Shown here: piece after piece, positions 42,605 to 52,969 of the stretch
Layout: each line of letters begins with the position of its first letter
Position numbering within the stretch: the stretch's first letter is position 1
Virus record (IMG/VR): IMGVR_UViG_3300005259_000074
Coordinates: 32,001 to 96,000 of that record
Direction: 5' to 3' (one strand)
Length of the DNA: 64,000 bases
Source: a virus
Taxonomy: Duplodnaviria > Caudoviricetes
Made by a program: the position numbers and the translations under genes
The notes under the pieces: generated by a model
What the model was told of the DNA's origin: nothing
Database searches by the model: none
Seen by the model: the letters and a program-made list of their open reading frames with translations, nothing else

Positions 42605-42966
42605 TTCCTAGCTATTGTTCTTCCAGCGCTATCTTTAGTCTGCAGTATCCTGTTGGCTCTAGCATCAGACGCAGATGTTCTAGCGCTCCCATAGTTGGTC
42701 TTATAATGTTCTTTCAACCACTTGATCAAGAACATCGTAGGACCGTCTTTAAAAGTAGGAAATGCTGCTTTGACTTCGTCTTCCAATTTCACTCCTCTAG
42801 ACTTGCTGTCGACAATCAACTGCACAGCGCCTCTAATGTCGTCATCAGAAGGAAGTGAAGTTGCGATCGCGCTGAACTTGTCTTTCACCGCTTTGACAGC
42901 CTCTTCTTTCGCGTGAGGCACATCCATGCCGATGATAGCCTCATACAACTCTTGAAACTTACTCAT
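42595..42966 (-). CDS. putative internal head protein (MSKFQELYE)
   Basis: Leader motif; downstream of a late-type promoter. Confidence 0.65.
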   Translation of the reverse strand: MSKFQELYEAIIGMDVPHAKEEAVKAVKDKFSAIATSLPSDDDIRGAVQLIVDSKSRGVKLEDEVKAAFPTFKDGPTMFLIKWLKEHYKTNYGSARTSASDARANRILQTKDSAGRTIARKWK

Positions 42967-43199
42967 TTTTTAGGTCCATTTTTAATTAAGATGCTTTCTA
43001 TGTGTTTGAGTAATTCAGCGCGCTCAGCTTCTTCGACGTTTGGACGGGCGTCAAAGCTCCACTTCTTCCAGAAATCAGCGAGCTGCTTCTCGATCCTGAC
43101 GAATTCCGGGTCTGTCACTGGAGTCAGCTTCTTAGGCGAGTTCTGTTGGTGAAATGAACTCTCACTCAAGAGCTTCGCATATGCTGCTTTGATCCTCAT
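42963..43199 (-). CDS. hypothetical protein, late operon
   Basis: ATGA overlaps. Confidence 0.6.
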   Translation of the reverse strand: MRIKAAYAKLLSESSFHQQNSPKKLTPVTDPEFVRIEKQLADFWKKWSFDARPNVEEAERAELLKHIESILIKNGPKK

Positions 43200-43432
43200 T
43201 TTTTTGCTGACTCACAAGCTTTCCACCCAGCTCTAAACGCATTCTTGAACATTTGAATTTCTTCATCAGCATACGCGTCTTTGAATTTCTTCAAGTATTT
43301 TTCGAGTGCAGCTGTATCGACTGCTTCAGCAATGATTTCACCTTTGGGTTCAACTGGATCTTTGACCTCTAGCATCGCCTTGAGGACGCCTCTGTCCCCC
43401 GAGTAGTTGTTGCCTGCTATAACTGTCCTCAT
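43196..43432 (-). CDS. hypothetical protein, late operon
   Basis: AAGGA RBS. Confidence 0.6.
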   Translation of the reverse strand: MRTVIAGNNYSGDRGVLKAMLEVKDPVEPKGEIIAEAVDTAALEKYLKKFKDAYADEEIQMFKNAFRAGWKACESAKK

Positions 43433-43536
43433 GATATCGTTTCCTTCACGTTTTTTCGTGTTTAAATTTTCCGCGAACTAAATAAGATGATCATCTTATT
43501 TCAGAATTCCACCGTGGATTTCTTCACGTTCCTGTC

Positions 43537-43569
43537 TATTTACACATTTCTCGCATCTAATGATAAATA
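43537..43569. promoter_or_regulatory. divergent late promoter-like motifs
   Basis: Minus TGTAAATA at 43537-43544; plus GATAAATA at 43562-43569 before the sheath gene. Confidence 0.6.
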
Positions 43570-43643
43570 ACTTCAGTACGCGAGAGGCGATTCGGACCCC
43601 TCGCTTTTCTATACACCGATCTCTAAACAAGTGAGGATCAAAA

Positions 43644-45794
43644 ATGGCATCTGTAAGCACACTTGGGGCACCCGGCGTCGCTATCAGGGAGATAGACCTC
43701 TCGCAGGTCGCTCCGGCGATACAGGGGACATACTGCCTCGTTCCGGGTTTCACCGACCAGGGTCAAGAATTAGAACCCCTGGTGATCAACACGACCGACG
43801 ACTACACCGCCACATATGGTGAGCCAACTAACGAAGCCGAACGCTACCACTACTACGCTTCGCAGTCAGTCCTCTCCAACGGCGGCACGCTGATCGTCGC
43901 GAAGCTTCCCTACAACAACGTCATCAGCAAGAACTACAAGTTCGTCGGGCTGAACGTGGACACTGGGACTGCTATCACCACTGCCGCTCCGGCGTATCTT
44001 CGTCCTTTGACAGGCTCTACCTACGGTTTCACGAAGTATGCGGCGATAACAGCGTCTTCTGCGACTAACATGGCGACCAGCGGTTACGACCAGATCGTCG
44101 CTGGTGGAGACTTCCCGACTGTCGCTTCGTCTTACGACTTCGTGGTGATCGACGACTCCAAGTCGAGGATCAGTGGTCCCGCTTCTAACGAAGGCATATT
44201 CGTAGCGATCGTAGATCCTTACGACGCGATGAACGTCCAACGTGCTCTCCCGAGTCCGTCCGACGATGACGTCATGGACTGCATAGAGGGTATCAGCTAT
44301 CCAGCTGGAATAGCTCTCAGCGCTTTCATGACTCCCCTCACAGGAGAGTACAAAGGATCTTCTCTCTCAGAAGATGTCGCGAGACAGTTCCCAACTATCG
44401 TTTACGAGACAGGCGGCAACAAGCTCAATCCAGAGTACAGCCAGTACCTCGGACTCGTAGTCTGCAGGATATTCACCGACTCCAACTCTCAAGGCTTGCT
44501 CAATGCTAGCATCTTGGAGGCGTTCGTCGGCAGCATTCACAAAGGCAAGAGGGACTCTATCACCGGTCAGTCTGTCTACTTAGGCGACTTGGTCAACGCT
44601 GGCTCTAAGTACATCAAGTTCTACAGGAACGAGACGCTCGCATCTCTCTTCCCAGTGGACTCAGACACAACTGTGATAGATAAGTCTAGCTCAACTTATC
44701 CGCTCCTCGGGTTCACCGACGCAGAGAGTGTGAAGCTCGTCCAGGGCACACAGGTCGTGACTAACCTCAACCTCGCTTTCGCCAAGATCAGCAACCTCGA
44801 CGAGATGCAGGTCGACGTAGTAGTCGACGCCGGCGTGTCTACTATCGCTCAGTTCTGCGACGACACGACTTCCGGCTCGCTGTTCGACCCGGTGCTGGAC
44901 GCAGACTCCGGCGACGTCCCTCCGATCACCTCTTCTACGGCGATCGCGACTTGGTGGAGTGTCGTGACTGCGATGGAGCAGTTCTGCAGCAAGACCCGCA
45001 AGGACTGCATGGCGATCGTAGACGTCCCGAGGAACTTAGTCCTCCAGGGGAACTCGAAGCTCATCAGGAAGACTGCGCCTAACAACACGTTCGGCAACAC
45101 CATCGCACCGTGTCTGAGGTTCGTCACGGGTCTGAACAGCTCGTACGCAGCGATGTACTCCGACTGGTTCTACGCACTCGACACCTACTCCGGCACGCAG
45201 TTCTGGATGCCCCAGACTTGCAAGGTCGGTGGAGTGTACTGCTTCAACGACTCGGTCGGGAACATCTGGGACGCGCCAGCAGGTCTCAACCGCGGCGTCG
45301 TATCGGGAGTCGTGGACCTGGCTTTCAACCCAGGACAGAATACCGACGACGTGCAGCTCTACAGCAAGAGCATCAACTACGCAAGGAAGTACCAGCTAGA
45401 TGGGTTCATCGTAGAGGGCCAGAAGACAACGCAGGCAAAGAACAGCGCATTCGACAGGGTCAACGTGCGCAGGCTCTTCCTCAGGTTGGAGAGGCTCACG
45501 AGAGCTGTCGCCCGTTATTTCGTATATGAACCCAATAACTTGTTCACTCGCCGTCGGTTGGTAGACACACTCAAGCCAACGTTCAACGCGTTTAAGGCTG
45601 CTGGCGGTCTGTACGACTACCAAATCCTGTGTTCTGAAAAAAATAACACGGCAGAAGTTATTGACCGTAACGAGATGAAAGTGGCAGTTCTCCTCAAGCC
45701 AGTTCGCACCGCGGAAATGATTGAGGTAGATTTTGTAGCAACACGCACGGACGCTAACTTCGAGGAGATCATCCAGCAGGTGACAGCCGTCTGA
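43644..45794 (+). CDS. gp18: contractile tail sheath protein, T4 gp18-like
   Basis: PGVAIREIDLS, IWDAPAGLNRG, SAFDRVNVRRLFLRLE, FVYEPNNLFTRRRL, VIDRNE...KPVRTAEMI. Confidence 0.95.
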   Translation: MASVSTLGAPGVAIREIDLSQVAPAIQGTYCLVPGFTDQGQELEPLVINTTDDYTATYGEPTNEAERYHYYASQSVLSNGGTLIVAKLPYNNVISKNYKFVGLNVDTGTAITTAAPAYLRPLTGSTYGFTKYAAITASSATNMATSGYDQIVAGGDFPTVASSYDFVVIDDSKSRISGPASNEGIFVAIVDPYDAMNVQRALPSPSDDDVMDCIEGISYPAGIALSAFMTPLTGEYKGSSLSEDVARQFPTIVYETGGNKLNPEYSQYLGLVVCRIFTDSNSQGLLNASILEAFVGSIHKGKRDSITGQSVYLGDLVNAGSKYIKFYRNETLASLFPVDSDTTVIDKSSSTYPLLGFTDAESVKLVQGTQVVTNLNLAFAKISNLDEMQVDVVVDAGVSTIAQFCDDTTSGSLFDPVLDADSGDVPPITSSTAIATWWSVVTAMEQFCSKTRKDCMAIVDVPRNLVLQGNSKLIRKTAPNNTFGNTIAPCLRFVTGLNSSYAAMYSDWFYALDTYSGTQFWMPQTCKVGGVYCFNDSVGNIWDAPAGLNRGVVSGVVDLAFNPGQNTDDVQLYSKSINYARKYQLDGFIVEGQKTTQAKNSAFDRVNVRRLFLRLERLTRAVARYFVYEPNNLFTRRRLVDTLKPTFNAFKAAGGLYDYQILCSEKNNTAEVIDRNEMKVAVLLKPVRTAEMIEVDFVATRTDANFEEIIQQVTAV

Positions 45795-45812
45795 CTAGGC
45801 TGAAAGTTCACC

Positions 45813-45848
45813 GAGAGGGAGTGGAGAAATTCACTCCCTCTCTTTTTG
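45813..45848 (+). terminator. rho-independent terminator
   Basis: GAGAGGGAGTG-loop-CACTCCCTCTC followed by TTTTT. Confidence 0.85.
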
Positions 45849-46049
45849 TATGTTTCTTTTGAGTCTAAAAAGCGATTCTTAAAACCTTCGTCAAAGTGTT
45901 TATTGGACGAAGACAACTTCTCCACCGCGCCCGTCGCCCATGATCTCATGTTTCTTCTGGTACGACGGCAACTGCCAATGAGACTTGTGACCGAGTGCTG
46001 GCATCTTTTCAGGACCCCTGGCGAGCAATTCCTTGCCGGTGTTTCTATA

Positions 46050-49000
46050 TTACAGTGAATCTAAGCTGTATTCTATCGCAGCTTCCGCGATAGCATCTTC
46101 GCACTTGCATATGCGAAGCGAGAACTCTCGGAAATGACAGTGAGTTACTTTCCTCGCGAGGAAGATGCGCTCTTCCATCTTTTTGTAGAAGACGCATTCT
46201 TTTTCGCGGCTAGTATCACAGACGAAGATGTGATCTGGAGCGTGTGCCACGCTGTCCTCTCTAGAGCACATGTTAGTCTTCATATATTCTCCAGGGTTAA
46301 AACACACAACGCATCTGTCCTAGCGTCTTCACTTTCACAAGCGTAAATGAATTGCATGTTTTTGCACCACCAACTAGACGAACTGTCTTCTGGTTTTTCG
46401 TAGTACTTACATCTTTTCACGCTCGACATGCTGCAGTCGCATAAGAAACTCCTCTGACCACCGCGATCGTCGATGCGACAATAGTTCTCTTTAGTCTTCA
46501 TAGTTCTTCAATCTTTCTCAGCGCCCAGTACTCGTCTCTCATCGCTTCTTCTATAGTGAAGTTCATGCACCTCCGGAATTTTCCTTGGTACTTGTGGTGT
46601 ATGCACCAACCGCTCTTGTCATTTTCTCTGAAAGCGCAGTCTTCGATATCCATTGGACTCTCACAACCCAATGTGATGTACACCTTTTCATTCTGAGTGA
46701 CATCCCATGTAAAAGCGCTGACGCTTATGTTAGTCTTATTACCCAAGCAAGACGTAGTCTTCCACTGTTCGGTGTCTTTCACAACAATTCCAATCTGTAC
46801 TGCAGTTCGGCTTCTGGATACATTTCCTCATTCCCACAACGCATCCAACGATCGTCGACTCCGTAGAATATACACCGTCTCATTCCATCTTCAAGATCTT
46901 CAATGTATCCAATGCAATGCTCTTGGTCTTTGGGCGTATCATATGCTGCGCACTCTTTGTTGCCATATTTGTCAATACAGCATAGATTTTTCTTCTTCAT
47001 ATGTCTTCTAACTTCATCTCAGCGATTTTCATTGGAAGCCACACGCTGATTATAGTCGGATGATGACATATTTCTTCATATCTTACACACATATCACAGT
47101 GCCCTCCGTCTAACCGCTTCATCGCCCCGTACTGGCACAGGTGATTCTGCTCGCCGCTACTGCATATAGCCCGGTCTTCATCGAAGAGCACTGTGAAGAA
47201 GTTCTCGATGTCTCTCATGATGTCGTCATCGGTCACATCTTTCACAGCTGTTCTAACCTCAAGTCCACTGAAGCGTCGGCTATAGCTGCTTCACAGTGAC
47301 ACTCTCTCAATCCATTCTCCCTGAACTTACACGAACGATGATGCACAGTGATCTTTTCGTAGAACACACAGTAATCCTCGTTCCCGATGTCACACGCGAA
47401 GAAACCATCAGAAGGATCTAACCAGAATACCTCCCAAAAGCACATGTTTCTTTTCACAGTTCTTCTATCTTCTTTCTGACGTCCTCTTCCAGATGAACGT
47501 CGATGCTTCTACAATATCCACCTTCCCTGTGCACACAGCTAAGTCTGTTGAAGAACAGCCCTCTTACGTAGAACTCGCACTTCAGCTCATCTTCCTCTTC
47601 TGTTGCACTGCACCAGTAGAGGTATTTCCCGAAGAACGGCTGCAACGAGCGAAAGCAGTTGTTCACAGAGACCTCATTTTGGCGTCTACTATCGCATCTC
47701 TGTTCTTGCACAGCGATTCTACAACAAGCACACTGAGGATCATGGATATGTGTAAGTGAATGCATCCAAATGCTTTATCATCATCTCCTTCAAAATATTG
47801 ACAAGGTGGTGTCGTCTTAGAAGTATATGTACACCTATAGAACTCCTCTCCAGTCTTATCTATTGTCCATATCTCGCACATGTTGTCTCTCATATGTTGT
47901 CTAACGCTGATTCGGCTAGTGCGACCGAGTTGGTGCACTCTTGTCCTTGTCCGCGTGACTTCACATATATGCATCCATTCCAACACGATTCCCATGTATG
48001 AGGATCAGCTTCCGGAGCACACTTGAAGTGTATGCAAAGATTAATGCACATATTAGTCTTTGCATTAGTAACTATCTGTCTAAGGCACTTTCCCCCGACG
48101 ACGCAGTTGTTCTTCAAGTAAACTCTCATAGTTCCTCGATCTTTCGCTCTATCACTGCATCTTTACTCTTACATCGCCCCCAGCGACGCCAATGAGCGCA
48201 ACACGCGTCTTCTTTTCCGCACTCGTAATAATGGCACAGCAGCATCTCGTACACTGTTGAAGTATCACAGAAGTACTTTTTGTTTCGCTCTATACACAAG
48301 TTCTTCTTCTCAAGGTCTTTCATATGCTGTCTAACTTAAAAATACTCTGTGATTCTCTCCACGCTTCTTCATTAGCGCACCAGAAAGAAAATTTAAAACG
48401 CTTATTGTGACCGCATAGGTAGGTAGTCTGGTACTTGCATCGCATGCCAGTGTAGCTGTAATTCATCCGCACGAAGAACTTACACTGACTGCTAGTACAT
48501 ACTCTATCCGCAGAGCACCTGTTATTCTTAGTCATGATACTTTTAGATGTCCTCCATCTTCGCCGCCGTGAGTGCTTCGGAGTTCCAGCACTTGTTCACG
48601 TCAAATTCTCCTTCTTTCTCGTGGTGGGCGCAGGCTGGCGTGATGTCTCTGAGGTTTATGCTATGCTTGTAGAATGTGCAGAAGCGTTCGAAAGATGAAT
48701 TGATGGTCATACAAGCACCGTCTACGTGGCAGCAGTTCAATTTCTCGTCGAGTGCGTTTAGATCTTTTGTAAAAGAGATGAGTGGAATCATAGTTCCTCT
48801 ATCTTAGTGTCGAGGAGTGCTTCACTGCACGTGCAGTGAGGTATAGACACGCTGTTGGGATCTCTGATCATCGTCCTCCAACGGCACTGGTTGTCAGCTG
48901 ACTCTCCAAAATAAAAACAAGTGCTGTACATATGACCGGGTGAAAGACACCACCCTTCAGGTGTGCAGAAGTTGAATCCACTGGTCCTCCGCAGTTCTGC

Positions 49001-50255
49001 TACGAATTCGTCTACGTCTGTCATAGTAGTTCCATCTCGATAGATAAGATAGCGTCTTTGTCGCTGCAGGCGTATACGTCCGATGAGACGCTGTCATCTG
49101 CGATGCGATGTCCCAAGCACATCAACAGCTCTTTGTCTAACTTAAAGAAAGGGCACTTATCCTCATCTTCGAAGCCGTTAGCAGTGCACTGGTAGTCCCC
49201 ATTATCAGACCTAGCTATCACGTCACTCGTCATCTTGTATGTAGGTGAACTGCCTCCCCGGTCCAGACGATCGCATGTCAGCTTCTGCTCCTCCATCTTC
49301 GTCGCTGAACGTCATGTAGTACACGTCATTACCAATGAACTTCTTCGAGATCTCTCTCGATATGATGTTGTACCCCAGGCACATGATGAGGGCCTTCTCT
49401 TCGTCGGTGTCGTACGTGTCATCGACGTCTATGATCTTTGAGATAGTGTCATGTTCTTTGTTGATGACATCGCGCAGCAATTTATCGATGTCATTGTGTG
49501 ATCTCCTAGACAGAGTAGTTGCATTGTCGTTGTACTTGACTCTCGACACCAGCGCATGCGCGACTCCGATAGCGCTAGCCGAGACATTCGCGAGTTCTTG
49601 GTCGATCACAGGGCGCTCGTCTTCACTGCACTGGTCCAGCAGTTTATTGCGTTCTTTTGGGTCTTTCGGAATGACCACTATGAACGAGGAAGAACTGCTG
49701 TTCGAGACGAATCCATTTCGAATCTTCATATGTCTTCTATCCTCTTTGTCAAGTTGAATTCTTTCAATAGAGTGTCGAGCAGATCCTCACTAGCGCAGTA
49801 CTTCTTGCGTTTCAACGTGAAAGAGTCTTCGCACGCCTTCTTGTTCCCTTTCCAGAACTCACACTTACCTTTGTCAGTCGCGAGACACTCAGCTGGATTG
49901 TTCACAGCATCCCACTTGTCCTTCGCGTCAGTCTTTGCTGCGTGTTTCATCAGACATCCTCTAACTTGAGATTAATTGCAGCCTCTCTGCTGGTGCAGAC
50001 TACTATGTCTACCGTACCGCTAGAACCGCTGATCATCCTACTACCGTGCCACAGCTGAGACCAGCGACATGCCGTAGAGAACCTCCACTTATCCGAAGTG
50101 ACGATAGTCGAATGCGTCTTCTTGTAGAAAGAGCACTTGGTCATCTGCTCGTAGTTCTTACAGCTGCACCACCAGCGGTCAGCCATCCACTTCGTGTTAG
50201 CAGACGTTCTAGACCCATCGTACTTCTTACAGAAAGAACTCTTGTCTCTCGGCAT
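46050..50255 (-). repeat. Cys-rich mini-protein array H, 16 CDS (46050..46283, 46280..46501, 46498..46782, 46779..47000, 46997..47245, 47242..47457, 47454..47666, 47663..47893, 47890..48129, 48126..48323, 48320..48535, 48543..48791, 48788..49024, 49021..~49233, 49726..49950, 49950..50255)
   Basis: Skeleton, tag and overlaps; interrupted by 49223..49729. Confidence 0.88.
49223..49729 (-). CDS. GFVSNSSSSSF-leader protein
   Basis: MKIRNGFVSNSSSSSFIV. Confidence 0.8.
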   Translation of the reverse strand: MKIRNGFVSNSSSSSFIVVIPKDPKERNKLLDQCSEDERPVIDQELANVSASAIGVAHALVSRVKYNDNATTLSRRSHNDIDKLLRDVINKEHDTISKIIDVDDTYDTDEEKALIMCLGYNIISREISKKFIGNDVYYMTFSDEDGGAEADMRSSGPGRQFTYIQDDE

Positions 50256-50418
50256 CGGAACTCCTGACTTCTGAAATTTTTCTATCTATACCTCGAGATG
50301 GCGAGGCGCTATACCTTATTATAAAGGGAATTGGACGCGTCACTGTATCATAATTCCACGTAAGTCATTGGTACTGAGTGAATTAAAAGAAAATGTGAAA
50401 AATATGCCAGCATTTTCC

Positions 50419-50499
50419 TTTACATCTGTGTAGAATGGTTGTATATTAGACTCCATTAGGGGAACCAACACGGCTCCCACCAAACGGAGAATGGCAATG
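50419..50499 (+). promoter_or_regulatory. repeated promoter-leader cassette, copy 2
   Basis: TTTACA-N17-TATATT-AGACTCCATTAGGGGAACC..CGGCTCCC..AAACGGAGA..ATG. Confidence 0.8.
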
Positions 50500-50817
50500 A
50501 AAAAGATCACGTCGACAATCCTCGAGAACTCGATGATCGGAATTTTCGTCCAGAAGGGTGTCCCTGCGAGCTGCGGTGCTCGGATGTTCAACAAGACGGC
50601 GGACACCTTCACGTTTGGCAAGGGCTTCTTCTACAGCAATGGGATGACTGCCGAGACATTTGCGGCGAAGGTATTGCTGGACCTCCGCACCTCTGGATAC
50701 ACCGTCGAGAGGCTCGACTGCGGCCAGCATGGGGCGCCTTTCCACGGCGGTGCCGACCGCTTCCAGAGCAAGAACAGCTTCTTCTGGGTCGTATGTAACG
50801 TCACCAAGAACGCTTGA
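50491..50817 (+). CDS. hypothetical protein
   Basis: First gene after the cassette; the start may be 50497. Confidence 0.7.
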   Translation: MAMKKITSTILENSMIGIFVQKGVPASCGARMFNKTADTFTFGKGFFYSNGMTAETFAAKVLLDLRTSGYTVERLDCGQHGAPFHGGADRFQSKNSFFWVVCNVTKNA

Positions 50818-50826
50818 GAGGGAGAT

Positions 50827-51045
50827 ATGAAACAGAGATTCTTGTATCTGCTAGTAAGGGAGATGGGAACGCCTCCTAACATAATAAATGCCTTTCCTTT
50901 CGCGAGCGAAGCGGAGCGCGACCAGAAGATCGCAGAGTACCTCGAAGATGACCCGGAACTCAACATCGCGAAAGTGGACACGACTCCCGACAACATGTGG
51001 ATCACCCCGGTCAACCACACCATGTTGAAAAGGAAGAACACATGA
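50827..51045 (+). CDS. hypothetical protein
   Basis: GGGAG RBS. Confidence 0.6.
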   Translation: MKQRFLYLLVREMGTPPNIINAFPFASEAERDQKIAEYLEDDPELNIAKVDTTPDNMWITPVNHTMLKRKNT

Positions 51046-51347
51046 CACACATCGAGATAGCCGTCGCCGATGACGTCGACCCGAATGTTAAGAAGACTGT
51101 CGGCCACCTCATGGCCGACAAAGACTTCATGAAGATGATCACCGGCATCCGCTCCGTAGGCTCTTCGTGCGTTTTTTTCTTCACGAAGAAAAGCCACAAG
51201 AGCGTAGACAGAGCGATTGCTCTTGCAAAACTGCAAGTCACGGGCGAGGTCGACGTCAGAGACAACGTGTTCGACTGGGGGATCAAACTGGTCAAACGCT
51301 TTCCGGTAGCTCTTGCATCAAAAATTCAAACGAAAGGTCAATTCTGA
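51042..51347 (+). CDS. hypothetical protein
   Basis: ATGA overlap start MTHIE. Confidence 0.65.
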   Translation: MTHIEIAVADDVDPNVKKTVGHLMADKDFMKMITGIRSVGSSCVFFFTKKSHKSVDRAIALAKLQVTGEVDVRDNVFDWGIKLVKRFPVALASKIQTKGQF

Positions 51348-51498
51348 CATGGAAGTCTTCATATTTCTTATGTTAGTTTTCATAGCATGCAATCTCCCGA
51401 ATACTTCACGAATAGAAGGTCAGTTAGATAAAATAATCAGACTGTTAGAAGAGAAGAACAAGTGAACAATACTAGTAAGTGAGAAGATAGGGGTGTAA

Positions 51499-51876
51499 GT
51501 GAGAGACAAGAGTTCGATGGAGTTCTTCTTTAAAGGCGCGCGCGTAGTGTGCACGTTGACAGACTCTATCATGTCATTCTCAATGGAGGACCAGACTAGA
51601 CACACTATCACGAACAACTTAGAAGAGATATACCGCACGTCTATTCCCCATCTACCGATCACCAACATAAAGGAATTCCTCGTCGGCATGCTTAACAAGA
51701 AGAGGGCAATCATCTACAGAGATTCTGATGGCACTTGGAACGTAGTCTTCCACGGTGGCGAAGAGTGGAAATCTCTGGTTGACAAGCTAGTGCCGGAGTG
51801 GGTTGCGACGGATCTGCCGACAGAAGATGTTGCTATGAGAGAGGCGATGTGTCGCATAAAACTAGAAGGACTGTGA
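51499..51876 (+). CDS. hypothetical protein with tag KLEGL
   Basis: 125 aa ORF. Confidence 0.6.
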   Translation: MRDKSSMEFFFKGARVVCTLTDSIMSFSMEDQTRHTITNNLEEIYRTSIPHLPITNIKEFLVGMLNKKRAIIYRDSDGTWNVVFHGGEEWKSLVDKLVPEWVATDLPTEDVAMREAMCRIKLEGL

Positions 51877-52004
51877 AATTGCTGTCAACTTACATAGAGA
51901 TGCGCAACAGCGGTTTCGCCCTGAGTGACGTCTACGGAATGACAGGGGACCCTTTCGACGAAGAAGACATAGAACACCCAGTAATATAGACAAAGGAGAT
52001 TGAT

Positions 52005-52700
52005 ATGAGAAGAGAATTCGCGATCGTCAGGAAAGTTAAGGTGATCGACTGCGAGGGGAACGAGAAAAACGTCGAGTACTTCTCCGTCATCGGTGGAGCG
52101 AAGGCGACGAAGGAGATCCTCGAGAAGTGGCTCAAGCCCGAGTACGACCCAGTGCTCGAAGAGGCGATGATGCCCATCGCCAACCTCAACGAGCGCAACG
52201 AGGAGGTCGCCAGAGGCCGGGAGAACGGCCCGGTGACTGTCACCACCACGGTCGACGAGTTGGGAGGCGAGGAGAACATCTCCGCATCTGAACTGGACAG
52301 GGTCGCTGCGGAAGACTGCGGGGAGGAAGACTGCGGCTCCTGCAACACTCCTTCGTGCCACGCTCCGAAGAGCAAGACAGAAGAAGCCGAAGAAGAGCCG
52401 ATGCCCAACCCCTCTCGCGAGTTCGCCGAGCAGAAGCTCGACGCCATCGTCAACATGGCAGAGTTCTTCAACACCCTCGCGAAGATCGCGAAGGAGATCA
52501 AAGAGACCGCTAAAGAAGACGACTTCGAAGCTGCTCTTCGCGTGAAGGGCTCATTCTACGACATCGACCAGGCACTGGGCGAACACCCGGAAGTCCCAGT
52601 GCTCACCAAACTCGATTTGAAGAAAGTCAACCGCTGGTTCAACGAGATAGCGGCGGACCTATTGCAAGTCCCGATGAAACCGGAAGAAGAGGAAAAATGA
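52005..52700 (+). CDS. acidic hypothetical protein
   Basis: AAGGAG RBS; strong codon bias; C..C..C..C cluster in the middle. Confidence 0.75.
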   Translation: MRREFAIVRKVKVIDCEGNEKNVEYFSVIGGAKATKEILEKWLKPEYDPVLEEAMMPIANLNERNEEVARGRENGPVTVTTTVDELGGEENISASELDRVAAEDCGEEDCGSCNTPSCHAPKSKTEEAEEEPMPNPSREFAEQKLDAIVNMAEFFNTLAKIAKEIKETAKEDDFEAALRVKGSFYDIDQALGEHPEVPVLTKLDLKKVNRWFNEIAADLLQVPMKPEEEEK

Positions 52701-52957
52701 TACTGCTGGCGCTCATAGGATTCGTAGTAATGATATGCGTGATCTTGTACATGCTGTTGTTCTTGATAGCGCTGATACCCAACACCATGTTCTTCGCTAG
52801 CTATCCAGGAGTTTCCATCTGTGTCGTCCTACGTGAAGGATTCAAGAGCGCCAGGGGTTTCGGAGACATAGCTCTGATGGCATTAATCGCATTTACCAGC
52901 ATTCCGCTGATCATCCTACAAGCAATCGGAACACCTTTCGCATCTAAAGATGAGTGA
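52697..52957 (+). CDS. small 2-TM membrane protein
   Basis: Two hydrophobic segments. Confidence 0.65.
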   Translation: MILLALIGFVVMICVILYMLLFLIALIPNTMFFASYPGVSICVVLREGFKSARGFGDIALMALIAFTSIPLIILQAIGTPFASKDE

Positions 52958-52969
52958 CATAGAGATACT

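Noticed and set aside
45903-46060. Possible decayed array member (IHCNIETPARNCSPGVLKRCQH...SC...AVEKL) after the last gene of array H
   Set aside because: It has no start codon, no stop after the tag-like AVEKL and weak Cys spacing, so it could be chance.
27258-50255. Diversity-generating retroelement or integron as the source of array diversity
   Set aside because: No reverse transcriptase or integrase is in the window, no template/variable repeat pair differing only at adenines was seen, and there is no intergenic room for attC sites. A trans-acting enzyme elsewhere in the genome is not excluded.
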